DNA of 61,855 nucleotides, filler included, from Sphacelaria rigidula (Eukaryota): NCBI GenBank assembly GCA_964200075.2. It is 11 parts of 11 records of this genome, joined end to end, with 100 filler letters (N's around TTAATTAATTAA, not from the genome) between each part and the next. Parts side by side here need not be neighbours in the genome. Positions count along the whole stretch, not along the records: positions 22,533 to 28,064 come from CAXNAA020026574.1; positions 28,165 to 33,696 come from CAXNAA020026575.1; positions 33,797 to 39,328 come from CAXNAA020026576.1; 8 more parts are not named here. One strand, given 5' to 3'. The notes under the pieces are model-generated. The model searched no databases. It was not told where the DNA came from and saw nothing but the letters and a program-made list of their open reading frames with translations. Positions within the stretch are counted from its first letter, which is position 1. Every line of letters begins with the position of its first letter. This document shows positions 25,541 to 38,472 of this stretch, in pieces. Position numbers and translations under genes: made by a program.

Positions 25541-26091
25541 TGAAACCTACGGCTTGGTATCATTCGGCTACAGATCGGAGGAAAGATGGGGAGAATGGCG
25601 AAGAAGATGACAGCATGTGTTAGAACAACAGATTTGTTATTGGTCTCTTATTTCGATAGTCGCTCATATCGGGTAAATAGCAGTACAACTTCCGCATCCT
25701 CAGAGGATTGCAACTGTTCTAAGATTGTTAGCGGAGCTTCCGTCTCTGTCGGGTTAATGTAAAGTTCTAGGATTCTCATTACTTTGTTCTAGAGTTCTGT
25801 CGTGTTAATGTAAAGTCGTAGGATTCTCATGAGTAAGAAGATTCTCCAAAGTAAGAACTTAGGCGTAGCGCATTGATCCGAGGGTACTTGTGGGTTGCCC
25901 CCACACCCTCTCACTCTCTTTTCCTTCTTCACTCTGTTCACTGAGATTCTCGGCCACATAAGCGCCAATTTCCAACATCAGTCGTTTCGACAAGCAAGTG
26001 TGCTTTACCGCCACTTCGTGCTGGCTCTGTGCATCTCCTTGAGATATCACGCCACATCAACAACTACCTCGTTCTTTCAGGTTATGAACCT
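25541..26091 (+). repeat. Putative Copia 5' LTR (25541-26079) and primer-binding site
   Basis: TGAAA...TTTCA termini. GGTTATGAACC follows immediately and resembles the copia half-tRNA-iMet PBS GGTTATGGGCCC. The left boundary is less certain. Confidence 0.6.
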
Positions 26092-26259
26092 CGATCGTGA
26101 TCAGCACACCGCATCGACGTTCTTCTAGGTCCGTCACTTCAAGCCGCATCCTCCGAGGGAGAATCTTCGAGGACCACCGCAATTCTCCGGAGATTTTCGT
26201 CTAGAATAATTTCGACAAGATATTATCTCCACCTTCGACTACTCCTAGTTCAACCGCAA

Positions 26260-27420
26260 GTGCCTGTCGTGGGAGAGTCCACTTCGGCGGCTAGTCAACT
26301 CATCAGGAGTATCAGCAAGTTCGATGGTCACCACTTCGTGCCGTGGTGGAGGACACTCCGCGCAACGACTGACCTTCTTCATTCCGAAATTTCTCGCATT
26401 CTGAACGGCGAGCCTCGACCCGCCGTCACCTACGAGCGAAGGACTCTGCAGAGGACTGCGACCACTCCAGCCGTCTCAACCCGCAGGACGAGAGGCTCAG
26501 GGGGCGACACCGGCGCCAGCGCTGACTCCGGGAGGACCGGAGGAACCGAGGCCAGCGGAGCTCAGGGCGGCCTGCCCGGCGGGCGCTCCGCGGAAATTCC
26601 CGCGTCAACAGTCCCTACCGACGACCTGTTCGCCGATACAACGATCAGCAACCAAACGGATGTGAACGCTTGGGATGGCTACAACAGGCAGCTCTTCAGC
26701 GTCCTCCTGCTGTCCACCGAGGGAGCGGCCAACAGCTTCGTCAGTAGCCTTGCCCCGCGCGAGGGCCAAAAGCCGAACGGCCAAGCTGCGTGGATTGCTC
26801 TGAACAAGAAATACCTCAATTCTTCGTCACAAAGATGGCGCATTTTGATGCGGGGTCTCCAGCGACATCCTGTGGCGCCCAATCAAGACCCGGACAAGTA
26901 TATCCTGGCCATGCATCAAAAGCGGGACGAGCTCGAACAGATCAACGAGCCCGTATCGGACGCCCGCATGCAGGACCTCATTCTCGAGGGCCCGACTGGT
27001 GAATACGAGACACTTCGCTTTACGGCGGAGAGGGACCCCGAGATGACGCTCGAAGAGATCGAGACCACTACTCGGAACATGTTCGCCAATCGTGTGGCGC
27101 GCGGCGAATTGTCGGCGCTATCGCGCACAAAAGGGCGCGAGTCCGCTATGACTGCGACTCCATTGGTTCGGGGCACGTGCGATTACTGCAACAAGCCTGG
27201 ACACAACAAATCGTCCTGTTTCATCCTGCAACGCAATCGCAATGCTGGCTCGTCATCCACATCTGGCCGGAGAAGCAACTGGTGGTACAGCTACCACAAA
27301 CCGCATCTCCATGACAACGCCGACTGCATGAAGCAGCAACGGCAAAGGAACGGCGGCTCCAACGGGACCGACGGAGCCGGTCGCAACGGCGGCGGCAGCA
27401 ACGGCGGCGGAGGCCAGAAT

Positions 27421-27452
<32 letters not shown>

Positions 27453-28034
27453 CGGCGGCGGCGGCGGTGGCAGCAACGGCGGCGGAGGCCGGAACCGTAG
27501 CAACAACAACGGACGCCGGAGTGGCGAAGGATCGACCTCAGGACAGGCCAATACGGCTGTCACCGTACACTCTACGACTACAGCAACAGCTCCACCCCCG
27601 ACTCCACCTTCAGTGGCAGCGGCTACGCCCGCGCCGTCAGCGACGACTACACGATATAACAACGTATCTACCGCCCCCCCGTCCGGCATTGGCTACTCTT
27701 TCCTGGTAGCCGGCTCTCCTACTGCAGACTCAGTCCGGTTAACCATGACGCCGGACTGCGGGGCTTCGTCACACTTCGTTGACAGCCACCTTATCAAGGA
27801 CATCGAATCGCGCACGTCCGACTTCGTCCGGCTCGATCCGCCGGTGACGATCGTCGTCGCCGGCAACAACACTCTCGCCGGAGTCAGCATGGGCACTCTC
27901 ACCGTGAGCGCCATCGACGACCGCGGCACGGCCCACGACATCTACCTGCCGGTCATAAACGTGCCGGGGCTAGGGCGTCACCTGTTTTCGGGAGGTACGG
28001 CAGCCCTCAAGGGGGTTAACACGGTTGTCGCCAA
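26260..28034 (+). CDS. Ty1/Copia gag-protease polyprotein N-terminal part (~590 open codons), cut by a MITE and the contig end
   Basis: KFDG..W start; LFSVLLLSTEGAA..GQAAWIAL..Y..QDPDKY gag core; knuckle CDYCNKPGHNKSSC; Copia protease DCGASSHF..VPGLGRHLFS. Confidence 0.9.
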
Positions 28035-28064
28035 GAGGCATCCTACGATAGGGGGGGGGGGGGG
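28035..28064 (+). mobile_element. Left TIR of a subfamily A CTACGATAG MITE in Copia pol
   Basis: GAGGCATCCTACGATAGGGGG runs into poly-G at the contig break. Confidence 0.8.
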
Positions 28065-28164
28065 NNNNNNNNNNNNNNNNNNNNNNNNNNNNNNNNNNNN
28101 NNNNNNNNTTAATTAATTAANNNNNNNNNNNNNNNNNNNNNNNNNNNNNNNNNNNNNNNNNNNN

Positions 28165-28256
28165 CCACCCGCATGTGTGTGTGTGGTGTTGGTTTTTTTT
28201 GTTGGTGTGTGTGTTGGGGGTGGTGGGGGGGGGGGGGGGGTATCGTAGAAAATGTC
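28165..28256 (+). mobile_element. Right end of a CTACGATAG-group MITE variant
   Basis: Poly-G followed by TATCGTAGAAAATGTC, directly abutting Gypsy pol sequence. Confidence 0.65.
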
Positions 28257-31200
28257 TCCCCTGATGCATATCTCGCTCGAGAAGTGCGTATCAGAGCCTG
28301 CCATGCCAAACGCGACATCTCCGACGGAGTCCGTCCATTGTGTCGATGAATCCTATTTCGACCTCGCCTCTGCGACTTCACCTCAGGTCCACGCCGTGGA
28401 TTCTGCCCAGTCAAATTCCGATCCTTCTGCTAAGGTGCTTCAACGCTTATCACCAGATTCTCGGAATAGTTCCTTGCAAATGTGGCACCTTCTGCCGCCA
28501 CACATGCGCGACATCAAGTTTGACCTTCATGGGCCCGGCTGGGAACCGGCAGTCATCTGAGAACTCAGTGATGTCTTACTACAGTACCAATACCGATTTT
28601 CCTGATCGAAGACAGATCTTGGGCATTGCGAAACGCTGCTCTTTGAGGTTACCCTCCAACTCGGCGTCTCGCCGATCTCTTCTAGACCATACCGGACAAA
28701 CCCAACTCTCACCAAGAAGGTTAACGCCATCTTGGATGCATATTTGGGAGCGGGATCAATACAACATTCCTCCTCTCCTCAAGTCTCGCCACTTGTGGTC
28801 GTTCCCAAAAAGGATGGAAACATACGCATCACCGTGAATTACCAACGGTTGAACCGCGTCACTGTGGTTGATAAACTTCAGTTTTCCCCGCATTGATGAA
28901 GTCTTCGACTCCTTAGGCGAAGGAAAAATATTCAGCACCTTCGACCTCGCTTCTGGATTTTTTCAGAATGCTATTCACCCTGACACGGTCCCACCAGTGG
29001 CCTTTTGTACCTCGTCCGGACTCTACGAGTGGCTTCGAATGCCACAAGGCGCTGCTACTGCCCCGGGATGCTTTCAACGCTTAATGCACCGCATCACCGA
29101 GGGCCTCGAGCACATCATCATGTACCTAGGTGATGCTATCGCTTTCGATGCCTCACCTATTGCACATATCCGCACTCTACGAGAATTTCTCTCTCGTCCA
29201 CGCACACACGATTTGAAACTGTCTCCATCCAAAGCTCGCCTTGGTGCGACTGACTTGGATTTCCTGGGGCATTCCATTTCGCCAGCAGGACTATATCCGG
29301 ATACGAACGAAGTGAAGGCGGTGACTGACTTGCCGGTGCCAACTAACATTTATCAACTTCGCTCATTGTTGGGCGGACTATCCTACTACCGCATTTTTTT
29401 GCCGAACTTAGCTAAACGGATTCGCCCCCTTACTGAGTTACTCAAGAATGAAGCCGTGTTTACCTTCGCAACCGATATGGAAAATATCACCCGCGAATTG
29501 CTAAAGGCGCTTACCGAAAAGCCGGTACTCTGCTTTCCTTATTGGGATGCAGTACAAGATGGCTCCTGTCTTTTCCAACTCCACACTAACGCCAGCACAA
29601 ACGGATTTGGAGGAGTTTTAAGTCAACCTCAGGTTGATGGCTCCGTCCGACCCATCCTCTGTATCAGCCGCGCCACCCTGCCCAACGAGGCCAATTGGAG
29701 CCCGCTAGAACTGGAAGGCGAAGTAATCACCCGGGCCATTAAGCGCCTTCGACAATATCTGTGTCACGTGCCCTTTGAGATTTATACGGATCATGGAGCA
29801 CTCGGACAACTCGCCGAGGCTGGCGAAAACAACCCGCGTGTACAACGATGGTTGGAGTTTCTAACAGCATACCAGTATATCATTAAGCGCCATCCAGGCA
29901 AAACCGACGGGAACGCTGATCTTTCTCGACTAGCCCTACCGCCTACGGCCGCAGATTCCAGCCCGGATTGCTGTTTAACGGAACCCGATAAACCTGGAAT
30001 TTGCCCGATTGAACGTTTTTCAGCGTCCGTTTACGCCCTCGACCTTCAGTGCCCACAAATTGCATACGAGGACCTCGCCCTCTACCATGTGACGCCGTCT
30101 TGGGTGGGTTAGCGCCCACTGACCCTGATTTTGTCGATTTCCGCACTTTTGGTACTCGCGCGAAGCTCTTCACGGAGACACCTCCGGTCACCCACCTAAT
30201 CCCCGACAACACGCGCTCCCGGTCTGCTGCCCGCACCACCCCCCCCGAGTGCCCCGCCGCCACCGATAACGCCTGTAAATTCCACGAGCCACGCAGCACC
30301 GGTTCCACGGACCAGCACGCAACGCTCCGCGAAAAATCCTGTAACGTGCACCACGCGCCGCGGACAGTCTTCGCCGCGCACTGATACAGCCCCGCCGCAC
30401 ATAACGGCGCCACCAACATCTACCACTCCCGATCATGGAGCTGACGACGTAGCTCCTGCTCCCGGGGCAGATATTGAAGTCGGCATTCTTGCCCTGTCGC
30501 CTATTCCCCCGCTGCCCACCCCACCATGCTTGGTCGGCTCGCCAGCGGAAGGTCAACTACGCGAGTTTCTCGCTAGCTACTCTCACTGCGATTGGGCTCG
30601 CGAACAAAACGCGGGACCATAATGTCGCGCAGCCACCAGGTACTTGCAACTTGATTGTCGAGTCCCTTTTACATCCATCCTCCTGGCCCCGGTTGGCACA
30701 CTGCCCCCACCACGTATCTTTGACGTATACGAACTCGTGCGCAAAGGCACCCTTTTCACTACGGATGAAGGTGTACAACTTCTCGTGCGTCGCCCCACGC
30801 CTTTGATGGGCGCAATATCCGTCTCAACCACAGGACGCCACGCACGACTACTCGATGACGAACCAACGCGCACATGTATCCCATTATCAACCCTTTTGAA
30901 ACTCACAATGCAAAATTGATCATTTTCGATTAACGGTTTTTGAGCAAGATATGGTTGACGGTTCACAGCTTAGACGCAACAATATTCGCCCAGCGCGTAT
31001 TTTTCAGACTCGTGCGAGTGACAAGTGGAACAAGAGAAGGAGTACTATTTTCTCAGTGCGGCGAGGTCCGGGACCCGTCGGCGTTCTTCTTCTACACTCG
31101 TGAGCTCCTTTCCCGGCCAGCGTGCGCGGCGAGCCTCTGTGAAGTATGCTTTCCGCCTAACCTACACGCCATCCTCGTTGAAGTTTGTGCTCTTTGCAGC

Positions 31201-33541
31201 GTCATAGCAACAAAGGCAACGCCGATGATACATTCGCCATATTTATGAACTGGCGGTGTAATACAATTCCAGACAGTCACCTTTCCGTGCCGCCGAGGGT
31301 GCTGCGATACTGCCCTGTACAGTACTGGGTGTGTTTACAGCAATTTGGAATAATCCCGATTGCAGACTCACATCATGCACAACATCGCGCTCATGCACGT
31401 TCCGACAGCACCATTCGGCCGTTTGAAAAAACCCGTAAAAGCGACGCAGACGCCATGTGCCCTGCAGTTATGCACGGTCACTGTGGTGTAGGCTGGGTCT
31501 GCCAAGTGCCGTCGCCCCAGGGGTGATGTCTTACTGCTTCGTGTAATGACTGTATTGTGTTTGAAAACATCTCTGTACAAGCGAGGCATGCACAGAACTG
31601 CGCTCTGCCAAGCACGTGCCGACAACATCATACTGCGGGTTGGCTATTACACAACGGCTTAGCGAAAGGCATAGTTGCCCCACCACATCTATACCGGGGG
31701 TTGATCGTTCCCGACCGTTGCACAGACATCATGCTGCATGAGATTCATGACCCGGGCTACCGCTATCGTCTCGTGCCGTCTACGCTCGTGGTCGACTTTT
31801 CACGACATGCTTATATTTATCTTGCACGGAGTGTCGCCGCAAGTCAATACTGTAACCTACTGTATTCACTGACTGTAGTGTTTTTCATCTGGCGTGATTA
31901 CAGTAGGCGGTGCTCGTTGGCTCCCTCCCGTGTGCATGTATATCGCCTGTGCGGACGCCTGCGATTACGCCCGCCATGTACCGCCCGCACAACCCACTGT
32001 GCCTTTCACATTTGGTGACGGGATTTCGCTTGGTTCAGCCATACTATGCTGTATATACGGTGCGGCTTGATAAACTCGCCACCTGATGCTGCAGCCCGTC
32101 AAAATGGCGCTTCCCTATCTTCATATAATTGCTGATATACCGACGTGCCTGGTTGGATCCTGGAACCCATTGCTGCTTTTCGAATGAAATATTTATAGTG
32201 GTTTTGCTGATTATTGTCGATGGTAACAATTGGACACACTTCATCCGTTGCGTGGTATGATTGGACAAACTTTACCCGACCTCTCCAGGGAGGACATTCT
32301 TCTTCGGTCTTTCATCATGAAAATGGTTGCCGTCGGCGTTTTCTGTTTCCATCTCTTCCTCGTGGTTGGGGCTTCTCATCATAAGGCGTTTGGCCTGGGG
32401 ACAGGAGGGGAGGGTTCCAGAAGGGTTAATGTGCACCTGGTTATGAAAGGTTGTTACACAGACTCGTCATGCCACCGTGGCGTCACCCGCACCCTAGCAC
32501 TCTTGGAACGCTTCTACTGCTGGGTTGGCATGGAAATTTCCAACCGCTTCTGGATTCGGAGATGCTTCAAATGCCAAGCCTGAAAGACTTCACGGCAGAC
32601 AGTACGCTGGCCAGTAATCTCTATGGGGCTCCCCAACGCGTCAGGCCACCTTGTGTCCTTCGACTACTTTGGCGCTCTACCGACCACAGGTCGCGGCAAC
32701 ACCTACATCTTACCCTTCACTGACCGCTTCAGCCGCCACGCGTCCATGTACGCGGTGACCACTGCAGATTTCACGGCCGCCGGAATGGCCAACATATTGG
32801 TCCATGACTACATTAAGACCTACTGTTGCCCGAAGCGACTCCTTTCAGACAATGGTCAGCAATTTCGCTCAGATCCCTCTGATGAGCTTTACAACCTCCT
32901 GGGCATCCGCAAAATTGCCACGAGCGTCTACCACCCGAACGGTAACGATGGTACCGGAAGAGTTCATCACACCAAGGCCCAGATGCTCTCTATGGTTGTC
33001 AATGACCGCCAAAATGACTGGGGCCTACATTTCTCGCACATCATGTTGCCCTACAACAACTCGTTTAACGCCGCCACAGGTCTCTCTCCGATCGAAGTCC
33101 ATCTTGGACTTTACCCTCGGCTGCCCATCACCGTGTTTGAGCGACACACGTTCAATGGGCACCAAGGATTTGACCAGGATCAGATATCCCATCACGAGCT
33201 AGCGCATTCCAACAACGCAAAGCGTTTACCCTCGTGCACGAACAACACGCTATCGACGCCTCGTGTCTGGAGAGGTGTAACACTGTTCTCTACAACCTCA
33301 TGCACAAACGCCCCAACTGGAAAGTTGTTGATCGGGTTTGGATCTACAACAGTTTATCGACCACCCGCCAAAGCGCCAGCAAGGCAGCCAAAAAAACAAT
33401 TTTCAAGACAAAGTTATCCCTCAATTGAGCAGGACCATTCAAGATCCTGACAATCGAACCATTGCCATCATCACCGGATGATGAACTCGTTGGTGACAAA
33501 CTGCTCCATCTCGACCTGCCTCGCGACTTCCAGAGCAAGGA
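28257..33541 (+). mobile_element. Decayed Ty3/Gypsy pol (RT-RNaseH-IN), second family, interrupted by a piggyBac-type insertion
   Basis: ORF 28868-30112 has PRIDE..FSTFDLASGFFQ..WLRMPQG..YLGDA, RNaseH LHTNAS..LELE..YTDH..RVQRW. Integrase HRGVTRT..CFKCQ and VSFDYFG..LSDNGQQF..YHPNGN lie at 32430-33450. Confidence 0.95.
30891..32425 (-). mobile_element. 1535-bp piggyBac-type element with probable decayed transposase remnants
   Basis: TIRs CCCTTTTGAAAC / GTTCCAGAAGGG flanked by TCAA and TTAA. Removal rejoins the Gypsy integrase (IPLLM..W.MKGC). Minus-strand traces: TDEV..ISFEKQQWVP, WW, and a Cys-rich end. Confidence 0.78.
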
Positions 33542-33696
33542 GGCACTTTCTACGATAGCCCCCCCAAAAACGTGCATGGCTTTCGGAGGCAAATGTTTCA
33601 CGTAAATCGAAATGGGAAAAGCCGAGCACTAGGAGAAGCTGGGAATTCCCACGCTTGGGTTCATCCTAGCCAACGTCGCCAATATGAGGCGCTTCA
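33542..33696 (-). mobile_element. Subfamily B CTACGATAG MITE, reverse orientation, cut by contig end
   Basis: GGCACTTTCTACGATAGCCCCC followed by the reverse complement of ~45820-45978. Confidence 0.85.
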
Positions 33697-33965
33697 NNNN
33701 NNNNNNNNNNNNNNNNNNNNNNNNNNNNNNNNNNNNNNNNTTAATTAATTAANNNNNNNNNNNNNNNNNNNNNNNNNNNNNNNNNNNNNNNNNNNNGGGG
33801 GGGGGGGGGGGGGTGTATGAGACATCAAACATCTGTGGAGACCTTCTTGATATGCGGAGTGAAAGAATATACCTATGGTGGTGATCTAAGCGTTGCAAGC
33901 GTGGTGCAGAGGGGTGCGTCCATGTTGCAATCTGCAACATGCGCGCTGGCTGCGTGAACATACAG

Positions 33966-34942
33966 TAGCAAGAAATATTTCCGATGTGACGAGGTCGTGC
34001 GTTACCACCTGAGGCGACGTATGAACCCACGAAGAACAAGGGTGCTCTATGATCACCCCCTTGTTGCATTTGACACCAACGCCATCAACCGGCAACCTCA
34101 AAAGTCTTGTGGCTTTCAAGCAACGCTGGCGGCAGTACGGCAGGCAAACACGATCATAGCTAGCTTTCGTCGCTCTACTGGACTGACTGGCGTCTGCATA
34201 GAGGTCGCCCGGCGTAGCAACATGTATGAAATTTCACAATCTCTGTATAAACAAAACAAATCGATTTTTCAACTACATAAACATGATTAAAATGACTCTA
34301 GTGGTCTGAGGAACTGCGGCTTCCCTGTCCCCCCGCCAGGTATACAATGAGGTCGGCAAAGATTTTGCAATCGCTTGTAACACTCGCGGGGAAACATATA
34401 GGTTCTCCTCTATGAAATTCCGCGTTTTCCAAGCTGCAAACCGTTCGATGCCCGTTGCTTTCTAATAAGAACGTTAAACCGTCAACTTATGTTCCGTCCT
34501 GTACTGATTGCGGTATTCGTATGTCAGGAAAGTTTGGTATTGCTGTTTTACAATATCTTCGAACATGTGGACGGACCCAAAGCGGCCACTTTACTTCAGA
34601 CCGCTGGACTCATTTCAATCATGTTTATGTAGTTGAAGAATCGATTTGTTTTGTTTGTACAGAGATTGTTAAATTTCATACATGTTGCTACGACGGGGGA
34701 CCTCTATGCAGACGCCAGTCAGTCCCGTAGTGCGACGAAAGCTAGCTATGATCGTGTTTGCTGACCGTACTGCCGCCATCGTTGCTTGAAAGCCACAAGA
34801 TCTGTGAGGTTGCCGGTTGATGGTGTGGGTGTCAAATGCAACGACAAGTGGTTGATCATAGAGCACCCTTGTTTTTCGTGGGTTCATATGTCGCCCCAGG
34901 TGGGAACGCGTGACCTCGTCATATCGGAAATACTTCTTGCTA
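33966..34942. mobile_element. 977-bp foldback element with ~345-bp arms
   Basis: Arms 33966-34310 / 34596-34942 are inverted (TAGCAAGAA...TTCTTGCTA) and flanked by CAG and CTG. An uninterrupted host copy is at 38473-38645. Confidence 0.9.
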
Positions 34943-35174
34943 CTGTTAGGGGTGCGAATCGCTCACAAAACATTACGAAACGTTTTCCCCAAAAGTGTCC
35001 TGGCTCTTCCTGATGGACAAATTAAGCTAGCCAGTCAGAAACAAAGGATCCGTCCGGTCGGTTCCAAGAGAACCCTAGAAGGCCTTCTGCGCAGATCACA
35101 CACTCTGCCGCAGGTGCATTGCTCATTGGCGTACTGATGAGTCATTTTGCAAGTAGAGATTATTCCACACATAG

Positions 35175-35770
35175 GAAAGCTCATGAGCTAGCTCATTTGC
35201 GGGCGGTAGCTCACTTGTAGTCAAACATGTACATGTAAGCTACGTCCGATAGTTCAACACAAGGCGAACGTGCGCTGATGAGCTACGAGTTGGTAGCTCA
35301 CCCAGGAAAAACATGTGTAGCTCATGCAGCTCTCATAGCTCACCCAGGGCTAATATGGGCTGGTGAGCTACGGGTTGGTAGCTCACCCAGGGCAAATATG
35401 CGTAGCTCATGCAGCTCTCATAGCTCACCCAGGACGAATCTGATCTGATGCGCTAGGTTGGTAGCTCACCTATCGCAAACGTGCGTAGCTCATACAGTTT
35501 CCATAGCTCATCCAGGACGAATGTGAGCTGATGAGCTACGGGTTGGTAGCTCACATACGGTAAACATGTGTAGCTCCTGTAGCTCTCACAGCTCACCTAG
35601 GGAAAACATATGCGGATGAGCTACGCTCAATAGCCCACCCGAAGTAAACATGTGTAGCTCACGCAGCTCTTGTAGCTCACCCGGGGAAAACATGAACGGA
35701 TGAGCTACGCCCGGTAGCTCATCCCAGGGACACATGGTCGTGGCTCACTCACGTCATATGCCTAGCTCGC
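35175..35770. repeat. AGCT-rich minisatellite (39-bp base unit), block 1
   Basis: Repeated TAGCTCACCCAGGGCAAACATGTGTAGCTCATGCAGCTCTCA variants with TGAGCTAC-GGGTTG-GTAGCTCA hairpins. Confidence 0.9.
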
Positions 35771-36075
35771 CGCTGGCAAACCCTGTGTCGCTCATGACGC
35801 AACATTCTTGTTCGGACGGATGGTGCCACATATCATTAGGTTGTGATGTTTTACCTCACTCTTCACGATAGAAAGAAGAGAAACCAACACATCCTCGTTC
35901 GCTTGGTCGGATGGTTCGAAATAGAAATAGTATTCAGTGTCTACAATAATCGACCGATTCATTTCTTTTGATCGGTTGGCTGCGATGGTACGAGTCCATC
36001 TGGTTATGCATACGTTTTTCAAGTGAAATTGGGGCCGATTCAACAGATGACTTATGCTTGCTGTCAAGGGATTAG

Positions 36076-36181
36076 CCCTTTAACCGCGAGCGTTGGCGAT
36101 CTGATAAATCAGCATAATTTACTTGATTTTCGGGTGTGAATGATGCCGATTCAGAGACCTCATACCCTCGCGGTCAAAGGG
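36076..36181. mobile_element. 106-bp mini element with piggyBac-like CCCT termini
   Basis: CCCTTTAACCGCGAG / CTCGCGGTCAAAGGG are inverted. No intact TTAA TSD (TTAG on the left). Confidence 0.55.
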
Positions 36182-36194
36182 ACAGGCAACCGTA

Positions 36195-36770
36195 GTCCTC
36201 AAAGCTCTCATAGCTCATCCAGGGCAAACATGTGTAGCTCATGTATCTCTCTTATAGCTCATTCAGGGCAAATATGTGTAGCTCATGCATCACTTATTGC
36301 TCATCCAGGGCAATCATGTGTAGCTCATGCATCTCTCATAGCTCATCCGGGGCAAACATGTGTAGCTCATGCATCTCTCATAGCTCATCCGGGGCAAACA
36401 TGTGTAGCTCATGCAGCTCTCATAGCTCACCCAGGGCTAATATGGGCTGATGAGCTACGGGTTGGTAGCTCACCCAGGACAAACATGCATAGCTTATGCA
36501 GCTCTCATAGCTCACCCAGGATAAATCTGAGCTGAAGCGCTACGGGTTGGTAGCTCACCTATCGCAAACGTGCGTAGCTCATACAGTTTCCATAGCTCAT
36601 CCAGGACGAATGTGAGCTGATGAGCTACGGGTTGGTAGCTCACGTATGGTAAACATGCGTAGCTCCTGTAGCTCTCATAGCTTACCACAGGAGAAACATG
36701 TGTAGCTCATGTAGCTCTCATAGCTCACTAGGGAGCTACGCTCAAAAAGAGCTGGCTCGAGCTATAGGGA
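36195..36770. repeat. AGCT-rich minisatellite, block 2
   Basis: 39-bp units. 36400-36690 is near-identical to 35310-35600. Confidence 0.9.
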
Positions 36771-36839
36771 GCTGATCCGTCCGACGCGTGGATTATTCCG
36801 AAGCAGATACCGACTTTGGGGGTGACTACAGACAAAGAC

Positions 36840-37690
36840 AAATTAAAACAGAGAGTACAACAACAGCAGTACAATGCAGTACGAAAGTTGTGTGGTACAG
36901 GCAGTACAGTGCAGTGTTGTCTCATCCCCCCCGCTGCTTTCCTTCCCTTCTTCGATGGGCACCATAAATGATCAGAATACACAAAATCTTTGAAAAGCGT
37001 TGAACCTGTGAGCCTCTACGGCGGGTCACCTGGGTCTTGTATTCATCGCTCGAGTCGAAATTATGCCCATGCACAACAGATTACCCCCCCTGAAGGTGAC
37101 TGTATATGGATGGACAAAGCCGAACAAGGCTCAGTACAGCACAGGACAATGCAGCACGATGTAGAACAAGACAGTCCAGGAGAGTGTTGTCTTCTCTCCC
37201 GCCCCCTCCTGCGTTCCTTCCCATTGCTCTTATTATCTATGGCCATTACCATGGATCAGATTACAAAAAACGTTTCGAGAGCGTGAACTCGCCCTGCCCG
37301 TAGCTCTGGAATTGAACCTTTTGACCTCCACGGTGGGTAATATGTATCTTACACTCATCTTTCGAATCAAAATTATGTCAATGCACAGCAGATGAGTCGT
37401 CCTGAAGGTAGTTGCATAGAGATGGGCAAAGCCGAACTAGCACACAGCAGTACAATACAGGGCAATGCAGTCCAGTCCAGTCCAGCAGAGTGTTGTCTTC
37501 TCCCTCCTCCTCCGCGCGTTTCTTCCCACTACTCCCACCAACTATAGGTACCACCATGGACCAGATTGCAACAAACCTTTGAAGAATGTGAACTCATCCT
37601 GCCCCCAGCTATGTACGTGAACCGTCGGGCCTTCACGGTGGGTAATCTGGGTCCCGTTCATATCTCGAGTCAAATCATGCCAAGTCAGTA
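36840..37690. repeat. Three diverged ~290-305-bp tandem units
   Basis: Recurring CAGTACAAT..AGTGTTGTCT..GA(T/C)CAGA..GAACC..ACGG.GGGT..TCGAGTC blocks. Confidence 0.7.
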
Positions 37691-38472
37691 TATATGAAGA
37701 CAACACTGAATCTTCACGACAGCGAAGAGATTATGTACAGCCGGTAGGCCATATGTGGCGGTAAAGGTGGACTCTGCATGATCAGGAAAGAGAAGAGCAC
37801 GAGACAGTCACCATGGTGTTGTCTGTTCCGGTACACGCCATGCTCCCTCACGTGGGTCCCCAGAGCGGCTGGGTATACGAGCAGCAACGCTTCTCTGTTA
37901 CTAACTTGCCGGAGTGCATTACACACGGATATGCTTTTACGGAACCAACAACGATACTCTGATTCAGACCTCCCCCTTCTTGCCTCCACCGTCCCGTCTG
38001 CGTCTTTTCTGTTCATTTGCTCTTGTCGGAGACGGTGGTTTGTTGGGGAGAGTCCATCGATAGGCTGCCTAAATCATAGACGATTTCGTCGACCACGAGT
38101 GCGATTCGAGCGCTGTTTTTTTGCGTTGTTTGCTCCAAATCACAATGCATGTTGTGATGACTTCGTTTCCCGGGAACGTCCCACGCTCGGCACATCAGGC
38201 TGCAAAAACTTGTTTTTTGCAGAGTTTCAGCGAGCGCTACAAGAGTTGAGAAGAAACGAGGTCACCTCGCAGTGTGTGTCAGGGGTGTGGACGTGCATGT
38301 AGCGCCTGAACAGAGAGGGCGTCGCTTAAACGCACGATTTGCTCGTTCTGATGATGTTGTGTTCAATCACGTCTATCCACATGGAAGAAAGGAAACGAGG
38401 ATGAGTTGTCTATGGTAGATAGAATTCCGTCAAACTGCCTGACAAAATTCGAAGGCTAACACCCCCTCCCCC

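Noticed and set aside
26260..30112. Single element joining Copia gag-PR to RT-RNaseH
   Set aside because: The parts lie on different contigs across an artificial linker, and the RT is Gypsy-type.
35270..36650. Repeated CTGATGAG resembling hammerhead ribozyme cores
   Set aside because: The stem GCTAC/GTAGC is followed by TCAC, not the required GAAA, so it is just a satellite palindrome.
35175..36770. CRISPR-like array, or a 13-aa repeat protein (ORF 36140-36535)
   Set aside because: There are no unique spacers and no cas genes. The ORF is a by-product of a 39-bp unit length.
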